Shown here in pieces: positions 37,278 through 49,599 of a DNA stretch of 64,000 nucleotides; the stretch's first letter is position 1, and each line of letters starts with the position of its first letter. Origin of the DNA: Felis catus (taxonomy: Eukaryota); NCBI RefSeq assembly GCF_018350175.1, contig NC_058369.1, positions 159,836,001-159,900,000 on the forward strand. Reading direction: 5' to 3'. The position numbers were made by a program, and so were the translations under genes. The notes beneath the pieces are model-generated. The model did not search any database and had not been told where the DNA came from. It worked only from the letters and a program-made list of their open reading frames with translations.

Positions 37278-38713
37278 AGAATCCTGCCATTTTAGATCCA
37301 AACAAGGCGGCGTGTCCACAACTGACTCCAAATCCCCCTCTTTGCCCTCATATAATAAATTACATTTCCTGTCCTTAAGGCATGTCTCCTTTGAAAATGA
37401 TTTTAAAAATGCTAAATGCCAGTGTTTAAATACTAAATACCAGTGTTTAACTTTTCTGGTTTATCAGTCTATAGGGATATTTTGGTAGCGGTGGAAATTT
37501 ATCAGGGGTAATTTTCCCATAACATTTGATTTCATACTTAACTTCTCTTAGAAAATGAAAATTATGTGAATTTTGTGCTGACAGTTACATAGTAGTTTCA
37601 TGTGGCTTTGACTGTTTTCATTGAATTTTGCGTCTCAAATTCGATTTTAAAGTTTTGGGGGGGGTGGTGTGGGCAGTGATTCCTCTTTGTATCAGCCTTA
37701 CTACCTCAAATCATTGCTACATGATAAAAATGAAGGCAGTTCATACAATTAAAGGGACCTCAAAACAACTCTGAGAATGAATGATTAAAGTGAAAAGGAA
37801 ACACAAAAATGATGAGTTGAGAGTTTTGGTAAATGCCTCAACAAGATCTCAAAAAAATAAGGATGGAAATTAGAACACCAACCCTAATCCCAGCTTTTAA
37901 TCACATTACCCAAATCAGCGACTGAATAATAGAAGAAAATCAGTAATATATGTCGAGTAAACTGAATGTTTCTATACATTTGACCAAATGACACACTCTT
38001 ACCTCAAAAGTGTGCTGAAAATCACCCCCAAGAAATAAAAGGCCACTCGAGAAAATTGGAAAATTAATTCAGCTGATGGTACTTACTGTCAAATATGACT
38101 TGATTCAGAATATGACTAAATCATGACCTCCAGCCAAAATTCTGGGCCATAAATGACCTCAGACCTTCCAAGGAAAAGTTGTCTGACAGATGTACCTTCT
38201 GTGTGTGGTCAGTGCTACCAAATACACACATCAAAGAATTGGGGGAGATCTGGCCTCATTTTCAGAACGGTATATTATCCTTGAGTTATAAAACGTCCAT
38301 TACTAAGTGACTCAAATGTGGGTTTCCAGAAAGAACTAAGTTTTTTTTTTTACAGGGTCTCATGTGCAAGAAATGAAAGCAATTTTTATGCTTTTCTCCA
38401 CTAGAAAAGAGCATCGGCATTATTGGCATTCCCTAAGATATTTTCTTTTATTTTGTTATATTGCAATAATACTGTTTCGATGTTATGAAAAACAAAACAA
38501 ACGAAGTAAGACAATGACAAATTATAATAGCAACAGCTGAACTTTTTCAAGATTATATAAATCTGATTTAGAACTGGGATTTTATGGTAACAGTGATACT
38601 TTAACAGGCGATAGAATATTGAAAGTGACCCATGTCGAGAACCAAAGGAGAAAATTTAGGTCACACAAATTCAAGTGCATTAATCTAGAGTAGCTTTTAA
38701 AAAGTAGTTTTCA

Positions 38714-38810
38714 GAGGCACCTGGCTGGCTCAGTCAGTGGAGTATGTGACTGGATCTCAGGGTTGTGAGTTCGAGCTCTGTGTTGGGTGAAGAGATTGCT
38801 TAAATAAAAC
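38714..38810 (+). mobile_element. Short tRNA-Lys-derived Can-SINE (no CT tract)
   Basis: ggcacctggctggctcagtcagtggag...ggttgtgagttcgagc...ttgggtgaagagattgcttaaataaaa. Confidence 0.85.
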
Positions 38811-38855
38811 TTAAAGAAAGTAAGTGAAAAAAAGTTTTCAAAAAATAATATTATA

Positions 38856-39065
38856 GGGGCGCCTGGGTGGCTCAGTCAGTTGAGCATCTGACTTCAGCTC
38901 AGGTCACGATCTCACAGTTCGTGAGTTCGAGCCCCGTGTCAGGCTCTGGGCTGATGGCTCAGAGCCTGGAGCCTGCCTCCGATTCTGTGTCTCCCTCTCT
39001 CTCTGCCCCTCCCCCATTCATGCTCTGTCTCTCTCTGTCTCAAAAATAAATAAAAATTAAAAAAA
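38856..39065 (+). mobile_element. SINEC_Fc
   Basis: Full element; A/T-rich TSD aaaaata(a)tattat. Confidence 0.95.
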
Positions 39066-40184
39066 TATATTATTTTATAATGTTATTCAAATAAATAAAA
39101 CTTAAAGAAGGTTAAGTAGTAAAAAAATAGTTTTCAAGGGTCAACGTTTAATATATTACAGTAAATACAAACTTGATGGCTACTTTTACTTAAGACATTG
39201 GTTTGTTTGAATTTTCTGATTTTATTTTATCTGAGACTTTTTTTATCAAACTTAAGATGAGAGTGATATTTATTATTATTTTGTTGTGTTGAACACTAAG
39301 GTACAGAGGAAGTAAGGATCTAAGTAGATAGCCAAATAATAGTAACTTTGTTCAAGCTTGCTGTGTCTTTTCCCAGTACTTCCTTTCCTTTTGTACATGG
39401 CAGACGGGGCAAGAGTTGATCATATAAAGTGTTGACGACTTTAAGGAGTTCGCAGTCTACAAAGAGGGTCGTATCCATAAGTTACTGCAATGTAAGGATG
39501 CCTGTGGCAACAATGACCAACGAGAGAATGGTCTGGAAAACGAGACTTCTCTCCCCTGTCAACAAGCCTTCACTGGACGTCTAATGCGTGGTCACTCTGT
39601 TGTCCTGAGGAATCTATCTAACATTGGGTGTCTTCAAGGAAAGATTTCGCCAGAGCAAAATTACTTACAACGTCCTGAAGATTTTGAGATTATATTTTCA
39701 CGACATTTTTGTTTTTGTCTTTCGCATGCCGTGTACACAAACGTAAGTTTCTCTCTGTTGCGGAGTTATCTACAAAGGCCGCCGGGTGGATTTTGTTTAG
39801 AAGATACTTCGGGACGACCTGACTCAAAATAGAGGTTATGTCACCATTTAAATTCACTGTGAGCAGGCTTGGAAGACACCCCAAAGACATAGGTCATCAG
39901 CCTGGGGAACGCTGTAACTGCAGATCCTGAGAGACATGCAATAGATACTAAGATGCAACAGGCAGAGAAAGTAAACGGGGATTTATAACACGAGCCTCAA
40001 TTTGAAAGTCGCAGGGGCAGGCACTCAGCATTGCAGGTACTGATTTGTGATTGAGGTGTTTCTCACATGGGCAACCCCGGGATGCCTCATCCACAGTGGG
40101 GAACAGCACAGAGGTACTCAAATAATGCTGGCTAAGATTTTCCCAAGAATTGCGGAGACCAGATTGTTGTCAATGAGTTTCTTT

Positions 40185-40550
40185 TTTTTTTTCATCCTTT
40201 TTCTCAAATTAATGAATTAGTTTATTTTTTAATTTACATCCAAGCTAGTTAGCGTATAGTGCAACAGTAATTTCAGGACTAGAATACGGTGATTCATCCC
40301 CTGTGTGTGTATAACACCCAGTGCTCATGCCAACAAGTGTCCTCCTTAATGCCCCTTATCCATTTAGCCCATCTCCCCTCCCACAACTTCTCCAGGAACC
40401 CTCAGTTTGTTCTCCATGTATCAGGGTCTCTTATGTTTTGTCCCCTCCCTGTTTTTATATTATTTCTGCTTCCCTTTCCTCATGTTCATCCGTTTTGTAT
40501 CTTAAATTCCTCATATGAGTGAAGTCATAGGATGCTTGTCTTCCTCTGAC
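40185..40550 (-). mobile_element. Felid/carnivore L1 3' UTR fragment
   Basis: aatttacatccaagctagttagcgtatagtgcaacagtaatttcagga...cttaaattcctcatatgagtgaagtcatagg. Confidence 0.92.
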
Positions 40551-40719
40551 ACAATTCCTTTTTTTTTTTTTTTTTTACAGATTGTATCAAATACAATATA
40601 ATTGGGTCTGAGAATGAGGCAGAATGAACTTTTACTATACCTAAAAAGAAAAAATAAGGAATTGATTTTCTTGCCTTTCTTTTCACTTTCCAAATAGCTC
40701 TATAATAGCCTGATTTTGA

Positions 40720-41210
40720 TATATACTGAATACTCATTTAGAGATAACGAGGTGACTCCATGAGATCTTGGTCTCTCTTTGAGTATCTGGGACCTAGTTA
40801 TCCCACAGTGTGTAGCAGAGACAGGATCCCCACATGGGAGCTCTCGGAGCTTGGCAGCTCGTAGGTGATAAGTGAAGCATGGGTGGAGATGAAATCCCTG
40901 CTCAGGTGGAACTTGTCAAAGGAGAATTAAAGAAAATTAAGAACAGAGATTCAAGGAGCTTGCACTGAAGGATGCACAAAAGAGCAAGCCAAAAAGTCGA
41001 CAGAAAGGAAAAAGCAGAGGGCCGGGAGGAATTCTGGGAGAGTGTCGGGTCCCAGAAGAGAAGGAGGACATCTCACAAAAGAAATGGAAGTCAGGTAGGG
41101 AAGACTTCTCGGTCCTTTGGAATTCCCAATTATTTCACTGTGCTTAAAGCCACTCTCAAGCCCAGTGGGAGAAGACGTGAGCTGCCTCGGGGTTGAGTGC
41201 ACCAAATGAA
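40720..41210 (-). mobile_element. L2 fragment
   Basis: gtaggtgataagtgaagcatgggtggagatgaaatc...gggagagtgtcgggtcccagaag. Confidence 0.55.
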
Positions 41211-42144
41211 GGATGAGAATCTGAGGTCAAGGATGAGAATCAGGTTAGGGGACAGCAAAGAAAAGACACAGGTGACTTGTAAGCCAAGGGGAGGTGGGTC
41301 CAAAAGTTTGGGTTTCCTTGTTTAACAAATGGCTAGAATTCTTTTAAACCCATCAAACAAGAGAATGTGAAACAGCAGGACAAAGATACACATTTAAGGG
41401 GTTCTCCTATTGAGGTGACGAGATTGAGCTGGTGTTTGTATTCCTATTTTCCCATTCTTAAGGATAATGTAATTTACATCAGTATCCCTTTCCTTTAGAG
41501 TTACTTTGGAATGAGTTCAGCCTGTATGCTTTACTCATATTTGCCTTTTGTTATGCATGACATAACCTTTGAAATTAAATTTAGAAAAATGCCCTAAACA
41601 TATCATGAGCTGTATTTATGAACAATCGTGCAGTGTTTTCCTGGTGCAAGAGAGGTGGTTTTACAATAATGATTTGGAAGGGAGGTCCCTTTTTTGTGAA
41701 TGCACTTTTGCACGCTTATTTTGTAGGCAAGTGTGTGTGTCTTCTATATATTTGTAGGCAGATTAGAAATCTCTATTTGTACAGCAAGTTTAATGTTGGA
41801 CCTCGCTGCTTAACTTCTCACATCCATTTTTATAAGACACGACATTTCAAAATGACTAATAAGCCATGAAAATACTGATAGACGAAGACTGAAATAATTT
41901 GTGAGGCTTTGTTTTCTTATTTTTCAAAGCGAAACAGCTTAGCTCGTAGGCTTTGGAAGGAAGAAACAAACCAAGCACACTTGTTTGAAATTATGGCTCC
42001 TCGGGGTTATGCTGATTGTGTTATGTGACACCCCTGGGCTTCGGTTGTCTTATCTGTCAAGTGTGGATAATTAAGCTCCTTGGGTTGTAGCAAATTTAAG
42101 TTAGGCAATGCTTAGGAGAGTGCCTAACGGTGAGCCTCGCAGAA

Positions 42145-42476
42145 AAACATCTTCAGCTCCAAGTAACAGAACGCCCAATGGAGTCTAGCTTGAACCATCA
42201 GGGGATGTATTTGCTCACGTAGTAGTTTGGAAGGGGAGCTGGGGATTCCGGCTTCTGTTCTCCTAGTCCTACATTCCTTCCTGTGCTGTGTCATCAGGCG
42301 CCTTCTTCCTAATGACTAGTAACAGAAATCTGCCTCCAAGTCCTTACACCCCATCATTCAGAAGAGAGAGCATAAGCGCTGTTGTCAAAGTAAAGAAGCT
42401 GCTTCTTCTGGAAGCTGTCCTTGAGCCCAGACTTCTCTGTGTGTCTAAATGACCTGATTTGGATCGCATGCCCATT
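42145..42476 (-). mobile_element. MLT1K/L-like LTR, first part (continues at ~43241-43430 beyond the L1)
   Basis: ttcagctccaagtaacagaacgcccaa...ggatgtatttgctcacgta; gatcgcatgcccatt, resumed as atcacatgcccatttctgaa. Confidence 0.6.
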
Positions 42477-43240
42477 GTTTCCCCAGTGTTACTGGGATAC
42501 AGTTGACATACATCCCTGTATAAGTTGCAGGTGTATCACATAATGGTTCGACCTATATACAGAATGTTGTGAAATGCTCACGACCATTAGCATCCATCAT
42601 CTCATAGAAATACGGTACAAAGAGAAAGAAAATAAAAAAGAACTTTTTCCCTTGTGGTGAGAGCTCTTAGGATTTACTCTCTTAACAAGTATCATTTATA
42701 TGACACAGCAGTGTTGGGTAATGTCATCATGGCGATCCTTCTACTCCTAGTACTTCTCTTGTAACTCCACATTTGCACCTTTTGAACACCTTCATCCAGT
42801 GCCCCCTGCCACCTCCGAGAACCACAGATCTGATTGCTTTTTTGTATGAGGTTTTTTTTTCTTTTTTAGATTCTACACATAAGTGAAATCATACAGTATT
42901 TGTCCTTGAATGTCTGACATACTGCACCTAGTATAATGCCCTCAAAGTCCCTTCATCCTCCTAGAAGGCAAATTGANNNNNNNNNNNNNNNNNNNNNNNN
43001 NNNNNNNNNNNNNNNNNNNNNNNNNNNNNNNNNNNNNNNNNNNNNNNNNNNNNNNNNNNNNNNNNNNNNNNNNNNNNNNNNNNNNNNNNNNNNNNNNNNN
43101 NNNNNNNNNNNNNNNNNNNNNNNNNNNNNNNNNNNNNNNNNNNNNCATTTAAAAAATATATATATTCCCAGAAGTGATTGCTAAATTCTATGGTAGTTCA
43201 GGTTTTAGTCTTTTGAAGATCCTCCATATTGTTTTCCAGA
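42477..43240 (-). mobile_element. L1MA-like 3' fragment inserted in the MLT1 LTR (contains a gap)
   Basis: gagctcttaggatttactctcttaacaa, tagattctacacataagtgaaatcatacagtatttgtc, cctccatattgttttcca; TSD atc(g/a)catgcccatt. Confidence 0.88.
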
Positions 43241-44515
43241 ATCACATGCCCATTTCTGAAGCAGTCTCACTTGTTAGGAGTAAGCCATGGCCAAACACTG
43301 GCTAGTGTTCAGAAACAAAAATGTGCAAAGTTTAGGGGATTATCCTTTGTCCAATCAGGGTCACCTTTAGAGCTGGGCTTTGGTTAGGGTCCCTGGAATC
43401 ACCCTAGGAAAGAGAGGAGGACCCTGAAAAAAATAGTTTGATTTGGAAAGGATGGTGGGTGGTGATGAAGCATCTACGTAATGACTGTTATTCACCTCAT
43501 CTTGGGCCACAAATCTTTACCCCCAAAAAGTGAAGCCAGAAAGCAGGGCCCATCTGAGATGATGTTAGGCCACGTAGTGGATCAAAATATTTCCGTGGTC
43601 TTGAGATTCTTGGCCCAATGCCTGTCTTGGTGTCTTTTCCCTACCCTCCACCACCTGTTTTGGAACTGGAATCTTAAATGACGTGCTAGAATGAAGTGAG
43701 GAATGTGGGAGAATGCTTTAAAACATATAAAGTCAAACAGGGTGTTGATCCATGATTCCGTGGATAAGCCTTTATTATATACGTTATTCTCCTACTAATG
43801 CCAAGTTATTTTAGGAGGCCAGAGTTCAGCATGAGGGGTGACATTGACAAGTTATTGAAGACGGGCCCGGAAATTGTGCCCCCCCCCAAGTTACGCACCC
43901 ACCCACTAATATAACATACAAAATACCAGTAGAAAACAGTGTCTCCTAAGACATTATCTTCTGTTTTGGCAAACACTGGAAAGGTAAGCAGGCGTGTATG
44001 CACGTGTGCATGTGTCTGTGGTATGCACGTGGCATTGGTGCGTCTTAAGTCAGGGCATCTGCTTTAGGAAATTAGTCTGATTGTGTGAACAGTCTCCTCA
44101 CCGTCAAATACTCCAGACCCTGTCGAGATTTCACATTTCTTCTTCATTTACATATCAAGTCTGAACTCTGTGTTGTGAGAGCAGTATTTTCATTGATTTA
44201 CTAAGTAAAGTAAAGCCTAAGTTTTAAAGGTGTGATAAACTAGTCTTCATGCTAGGAATATAGAAATGAGAAAAATAAGTTTTCTACCCCCAAGGAGTCT
44301 AGTCAAAAATGTTTATGTCTCATGATTAATCTCCATATAATATAAGTGGTATAAAACAAGGCATCCATGGGGACCAAGAAAGGGGGGCTTGGTTTGTGGC
44401 ATTCTGTCATATCTATCTACATGCCTTCTTTGGGGACATCAAATCTATAGAAGCAAAAAGCAAACTGGGAGAAACACCTAATTTTCACTAAGTGGCTTTT
44501 TAAAATGTAAAACTT

Positions 44516-44720
44516 GGGGCACTGGGTGGCTCAGTCGGTTAAGCGTCTGGCTTCAGCTCAGGTCGTGATCTCATGATTTGTGAGTTTGAGTCCCACATTG
44601 GGCTCTCTGTTGGCACAGAGCCTGCCTCGGATCCTCTCCCCTCATCTCTCTCTGTCCCTCCCCTGCTCGCTCTCTCTCTCTCTCTCTCTCTCAAAAATAT
44701 ATCAACATTTAAGAAAAAAA
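44516..44720 (+). mobile_element. Can-SINE
   Basis: TSD aaaatgtaaa. Confidence 0.92.
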
Positions 44721-44839
44721 TGTAAACAATTTAAATGAAGAGCAGTGAAGGAGTTTACAAAAAAATAAAGCACAACTGTGGTACCTTAAGAATGCTTATG
44801 GCATTCTTATTGTTACTTTAAAAAAACAAAATTCTATCA

Positions 44840-45054
44840 GGGGTGCCTGGGTGGCTCAGTCAATGAAGCATCTGACTTGGAATTATGTCATGATCTTGTG
44901 GTTGGTGGGTTCGAGCCCCGCGTTGGGCTCTGTGCTGACAGCTCAGAGCCTGGAGCCTGCTTCCGATTCTGTGTCTCCCTCTCCCTTTGTCCCCTGCTTA
45001 CCCACTTGCTTGCGTTCTCTCTCAGAAGTAAACGTTATAAAAAAATTTATTTTT
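44840..45054 (+). mobile_element. SINEC_Fc
   Basis: TSD aaattct(a/g)tc. Confidence 0.92.
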
Positions 45055-45133
45055 AAATTCTGTCGTATGTCAAAATCGGAGTTTGCTCATAGCAAAAATA
45101 ACCCTGACAATTATTTTTGAAGCGATTGTGCCT

Positions 45134-45337
45134 GGAGTGCCTGGGTGGCTCAGTCGGTTAAGCAGCTGGCTCTTTGTTTCAGCTCAGGTCACGATCTCAC
45201 AGTTTGTGAGCTGGAGCCCCACATCGGGCTCTGAGCTGACACAGTGGAGGCTGCTTGGGATTCTCTCTTTCCCTCTTTCTTTGCCTCTCCCCCACTCACT
45301 CAATTTATCTTTAAAAATAAATAAAAAAATATTTAAA
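45134..45337 (+). mobile_element. Can-SINE
   Basis: TSD gaa..gattgtgcc. Confidence 0.9.
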
Positions 45338-45842
45338 GAAAGATTGTGCCCTTTGCTGGAAAAATAATAATGCACATTAACACTCGGGCTAGCTGAGATC
45401 CAGCAGGGTTAAATGCCGATTGATGAGCTCATCTGATTGTCAGCGAAGTCATTGTTCCACGTATGAACTGCCATCCGCTTCTCAGTCTCTCATCACAGAT
45501 CCTTGACATTGCCAAAGTGCACTTACACTGATTTCCTAACCACTATTTTTTATCATGAGTGTATGCTTTATCTGTGATCTAATTTCCTTTTCTCTGCTAA
45601 CATAGCATTTTTATGAAGCCTTTTCACAGCCTCCTACAAAATAACTTTTATTAAGCTAGTGCAATCCTGCAGTGTAATCTTCAGGCGGGCGACTCCCTGA
45701 GGTGGCCATCCCTGTGATCTCTAGAGGCTGAAAGGGCAGCCCTTGTTTGACTATAAGCCGTATGTGACTGTGGACATGGGAGTAACTCCACATCGTCACC
45801 TGTCAGGTATAGCATGCTGCCTAACATTTCAGTCCTGTGATT

Positions 45843-46049
45843 TACTTATTTTTTTAAGTTTGTTTGTTTGTTTATTTACAGAGTGTGAGTGGGGGAAGGG
45901 CAGAGAGAGAGAGAGAGAGAGAGAGAATGAATCCCAACCAGGTTCTGCCCAGAGCCTGATGCGGGGCTCGAACTCATGAACTGTAAGGTCGTGCCCTGCA
46001 CTGAAATCAAGAGTCAAATGCTTAACTAACTGAGCCACCCAGGGGCTCC
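45843..46049 (-). mobile_element. Can-SINE (older subfamily)
   Basis: TSD tcagt(c/a)ctgtgatt. Confidence 0.92.
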
Positions 46050-46081
46050 TCAGTACTGTGATTCAAAAAGCACATATCTGA

Positions 46082-46294
46082 GGGGCGCCAGGGTGGCTCA
46101 GTCGGTTAAGTGTCCAACTTCAGCTCAGGTCGTGATCTCACGGTTCGTGAGTTTGAGCCCCGTGTCGGGCTCTATGGTGACAGCTCAGAGCCTGGAGTCT
46201 GCTTCAGATTCTGTGTCCCCCCCCCCTCCCCCCGTCCCTCCCCTGCTCATGCTCTTTCTCTGTCTCAAAAATAAATAAAACATTAACAAAATTT
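46082..46294 (+). mobile_element. SINEC_Fc
   Basis: TSD aaaaagcacatat(c/t)tga. Confidence 0.94.
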
Positions 46295-46717
46295 AAAAAG
46301 CACATATTTGAAAGTAAAAACAACTATATGTGTGTATCTATATATCTGTATTTATACCTATCTCTCTCTATATCTATATATACCTGTATGTTAGCTTTCT
46401 CTGGAGAATGCTAATTATATATAATATGATTTACATATATGATTATATATACACACACCATATCTATGTATGTACATATTAATGGTATTAGAAAATACTC
46501 GCCTTATATTAAGCCCAATCATAGTTCAAGTTGCTGTAGAGAAATCTCTAGGGAGCCAGACATAAACTACACACAGTCTCTACCACCAGATGTTTTCAAT
46601 AGGCAGACTTTGGTGTGATATATAATTTATTACTGCTTGGTTAAGGATGGACTCAAATATTTCTGAAGGTTTCTGAAATTCGTTAAGGTGTACAGAAAGT
46701 CCACATATATATTTTCT

Positions 46718-46924
46718 ATTAATTTTTTTAATGTTTATTTTGAGAAAGAGAGAGAGAGCACGAGCAAGGGAGGAGCAGACAGAGAGGGAGACACAGAATC
46801 CTCAGCAGGCTCCAGGCTCTGAGCCGTCAGCATAGGGCCTGGCGCGGGGCTCGAATCCATGAACCTTGAGATCATGACCTGAGCCGAAGTCAGATGCTTA
46901 GCCGACTGAACCAGCCAGGGGCCT
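46718..46924 (-). mobile_element. SINEC_Fc
   Basis: Full reverse element. Confidence 0.92.
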
Positions 46925-47414
46925 TTGGAAAGGCCATAGGTGTCTTAAATCGATGAGTTTAGACTGAGTCATCATAAGAATACAGCACTCATTCTACACT
47001 TCATAGATTTGGCTTTTTTTTTTTTTTTACTGCCACTATTTGATTTTTGGAATACCAAGAACTAAATCTACTTGACTAGAAGTAGAAAAGTATTTTAAAC
47101 TATCCTTTTATGTCATTATAAGATGTATTCCCTGAAGTACATTTTTTACCAAAAGAAAATTCCTACAGGTGTTTGTTTATATGTGTAAGTACCTGTCGAT
47201 GTACATGTACCTGTGACTGTGTACCTCTGTGTATGTAATTTGTATGTATATTTTTATGTAATTTTGAACCAATGGTCATTTGAGTTCTTTTATAGAGACT
47301 GATATGAAGTTGTATGTTCTAGTTGCCGGATTTAAGAATTTGTAGTGATCTACAATACTGACCCCTTCATAGTTCAATTATAAAATATTGTTTCCACGTA
47401 ATTCTTAGAGGTCA

Positions 47415-47922
47415 TGGTATTAATCTCCAGAGAAACACAACCAATAGGTTATGTAGTAATATCAAGAAAGAGATGTCTTATGGGGGTTGGCTCAGACGAT
47501 TATGGAGGTGAGCAGTCCTACGATCTGCCATCTACACGCCGAGGCCCAGAAAAGCCAGGGACGTAGCTTTAGGCAAAACCCTAAAGTTGAAGAACAAAGG
47601 GAGCCAAAGATATGATAAGTCCTAGTCCGATTCCAAGGGCCTTGGATCCAGGAGCGCCAATGTCTGAGAGCAGAAGACAGATGTCCTAGCTCAGGCAGGA
47701 AGAGCACATCCATTCTTCCTCTGCCTTTTTGTTTCATTCAGGCCCCCAAGGAATGAGTTGATGCTCTCCTATGGGAGATGGCCGTCTTCTTTGCTTAGTC
47801 TACCAATTCAGATGCTAATCTCTCCCAGAAACACCCTCCCAGACACACCCAGAAATAATGTTTTGCCAGCACCCTGGGAGACCCTTACCCCGGTCAAGGG
47901 GACACATGAAGTGAACCCCCAG
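47415..47922 (-). mobile_element. MLT2 (ERVL) solo LTR
   Basis: ctccagagaaacacaaccaatagg...ttggctcagacgattatggagg...gctaatctctcccagaaacaccctcccagacacacccagaaataatgttt. Confidence 0.9.
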
Positions 47923-48029
47923 AGTCACCTTATTCAGTGTGTTCCTTCCTTCCTTGTTAGCGGTGTGGTCATTGTTTTTCTAGGAATGCAATTGGTAGTG
48001 GATGGAGGTACCCTTATACAAAACAGGTA

Positions 48030-48375
48030 GGTATATTAGGGTGACCCTTGCTGTTATAAAAAACAAGTCCTGAGGTATATCATGAAAGAGTGCCATGCAT
48101 GTTTATTTCTCACTCACATGAAGTTTGAATGTGTGTACCTGGTTTTCACAGGGAACCAGAATTCTCTCTGGGTTCCTTTGCATCCAGATGGAAGGTAAAG
48201 AAGATAAAGAGAACACCACATTAGACAAGGATTGTGTGAGCCGATTCTGGAAGAAGCGGGTGCCATTTTCACTCACCTTGCTTTGGCCAGGACTCAGTCT
48301 CTTGGCTGTGTCTAAGCCCAGATAGACTGAGGGATGTATTTTAGCTGGTGCCATCAAGAAAGGAGAACAGTGCTT
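48030..48375 (-). mobile_element. MLT1J/K-like MaLR LTR
   Basis: gtttatttctcactcacatgaagt...tcactcaccttgctttggccaggactcagtc. Confidence 0.6.
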
Positions 48376-49485
48376 ATGTGATTTGACGTCTACCTCCTCT
48401 CTGGCTTCATTTACCCGCTTGTCTTCTCACTGTGTGTTCTAGCTATATTGACCATTTCCTCCCCCCCCCCCCCCTTCAGTTTCTAGAAGTCCCTACAGAG
48501 TCCTGGAACAGGATGTTCCTTCTATAAGCAATGTTTTTAACTTCACCTGGCTTAGCCAGCTCACTTCAGTTTTTCATTTAGAAATTTTTATTTTTCAGAG
48601 ATGCCTGCTATACACTCTTACGATGCCTCATTGCGATGACTCATAAAACACGGTTCGTAATATTTGTAATATTACCTGACGAATGTTTATCTCCGCAACT
48701 AGTCCATAAGCCCCTTAATGGTAATGACTGTGCCTGTCTGCCTTTACTTTGACCAGAGTGCCTATCGAAGAGCCTACAGCATGAAAAGTGTTTCAGTAAC
48801 ACATCGGTAAAATTCCACCTTGTGGCTCCCAAGGGTGGTACTCCCATACCGTGAGGCCTTGACCACAGAAGCAAAGCGATAGACTCTTCAAAGCAGCTCT
48901 GTGTGACTTTTAAAGGTTCAAAATAGGCTGTGAATGTGTAGCTTAAACTATGTCATTGGATGGCGAGGTGTATAAAATGATTGAGAGAACGGTCGGGAAT
49001 ATCTAACGGTGAAAATAGATGTGGCATTTTAGCATTCTCTTTGTAGAATCTTCATCAGACTCTCCTGTTTGGCTGCCGTACATGAGTGTCAGTGCAGAGG
49101 ATATAGAACAGTTAGTGTGCTTTTTACATTTACTTTGTTAGGTGGAGGAAACTGGCCCCCTCTTTCTTCAACACTCATGAGTGCATCGCCTTGGTCTTTT
49201 CCATTGGCTCGTCTTTTGCGGTGCAACGTTTATGCCCCACTGCTCCCCAAGGTGCATTTCCTTGTTTTCTTACTGTTCAGCTGGCCCTTTGTGGGTGATG
49301 TCAGCCATTCTCACGGATCACGTCTTGTGAATAAACAAAGTGCTCCAGATCAATAATTCCAGCTCCGTCTTCTCTTTGGAGTCTTGAGTCTGCATTTTCT
49401 TTTCTAATCTTTGCTCAGAGCTGTTCTGAGTCCACCTGACATGTAATTTGCCCCAAATTACCTTCAGGATGACTGTCTTCCCTTC

Positions 49486-49523
49486 CCTCCTCCTCCTCCT
49501 CCTCCTCCTCCTCCTCCTCCTCC
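49486..49523. repeat. (CCT)12 microsatellite
   Basis: Seen directly. Confidence 0.97.
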
Positions 49524-49599
49524 AGTAGTCTCTACATTAATTCAAGGTATCAACATCTGTCCGTTGTCAAAGCCAAAAAAAGTAAAATCTAGAATCGTT

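Noticed and set aside
38003-38014. 12-nt minus-strand microexon-like motif (tttcag|CACACTTTTGAG|gtaaga); similar 10-nt and 6-nt cases near 26055 and 39670
   Set aside because: Such motif pairs are expected by chance in 64 kb, and no host gene context supports them.
38714-38810. tRNA gene
   Set aside because: A tRNA-Lys-derived SINE with an A-tail and TSD; no intact cloverleaf.
7148-41240. Small tandem duplications (7148-7179, 12487-12510, 25250-25270, 37408-37450, 41209-41242)
   Set aside because: Ordinary slippage duplications.
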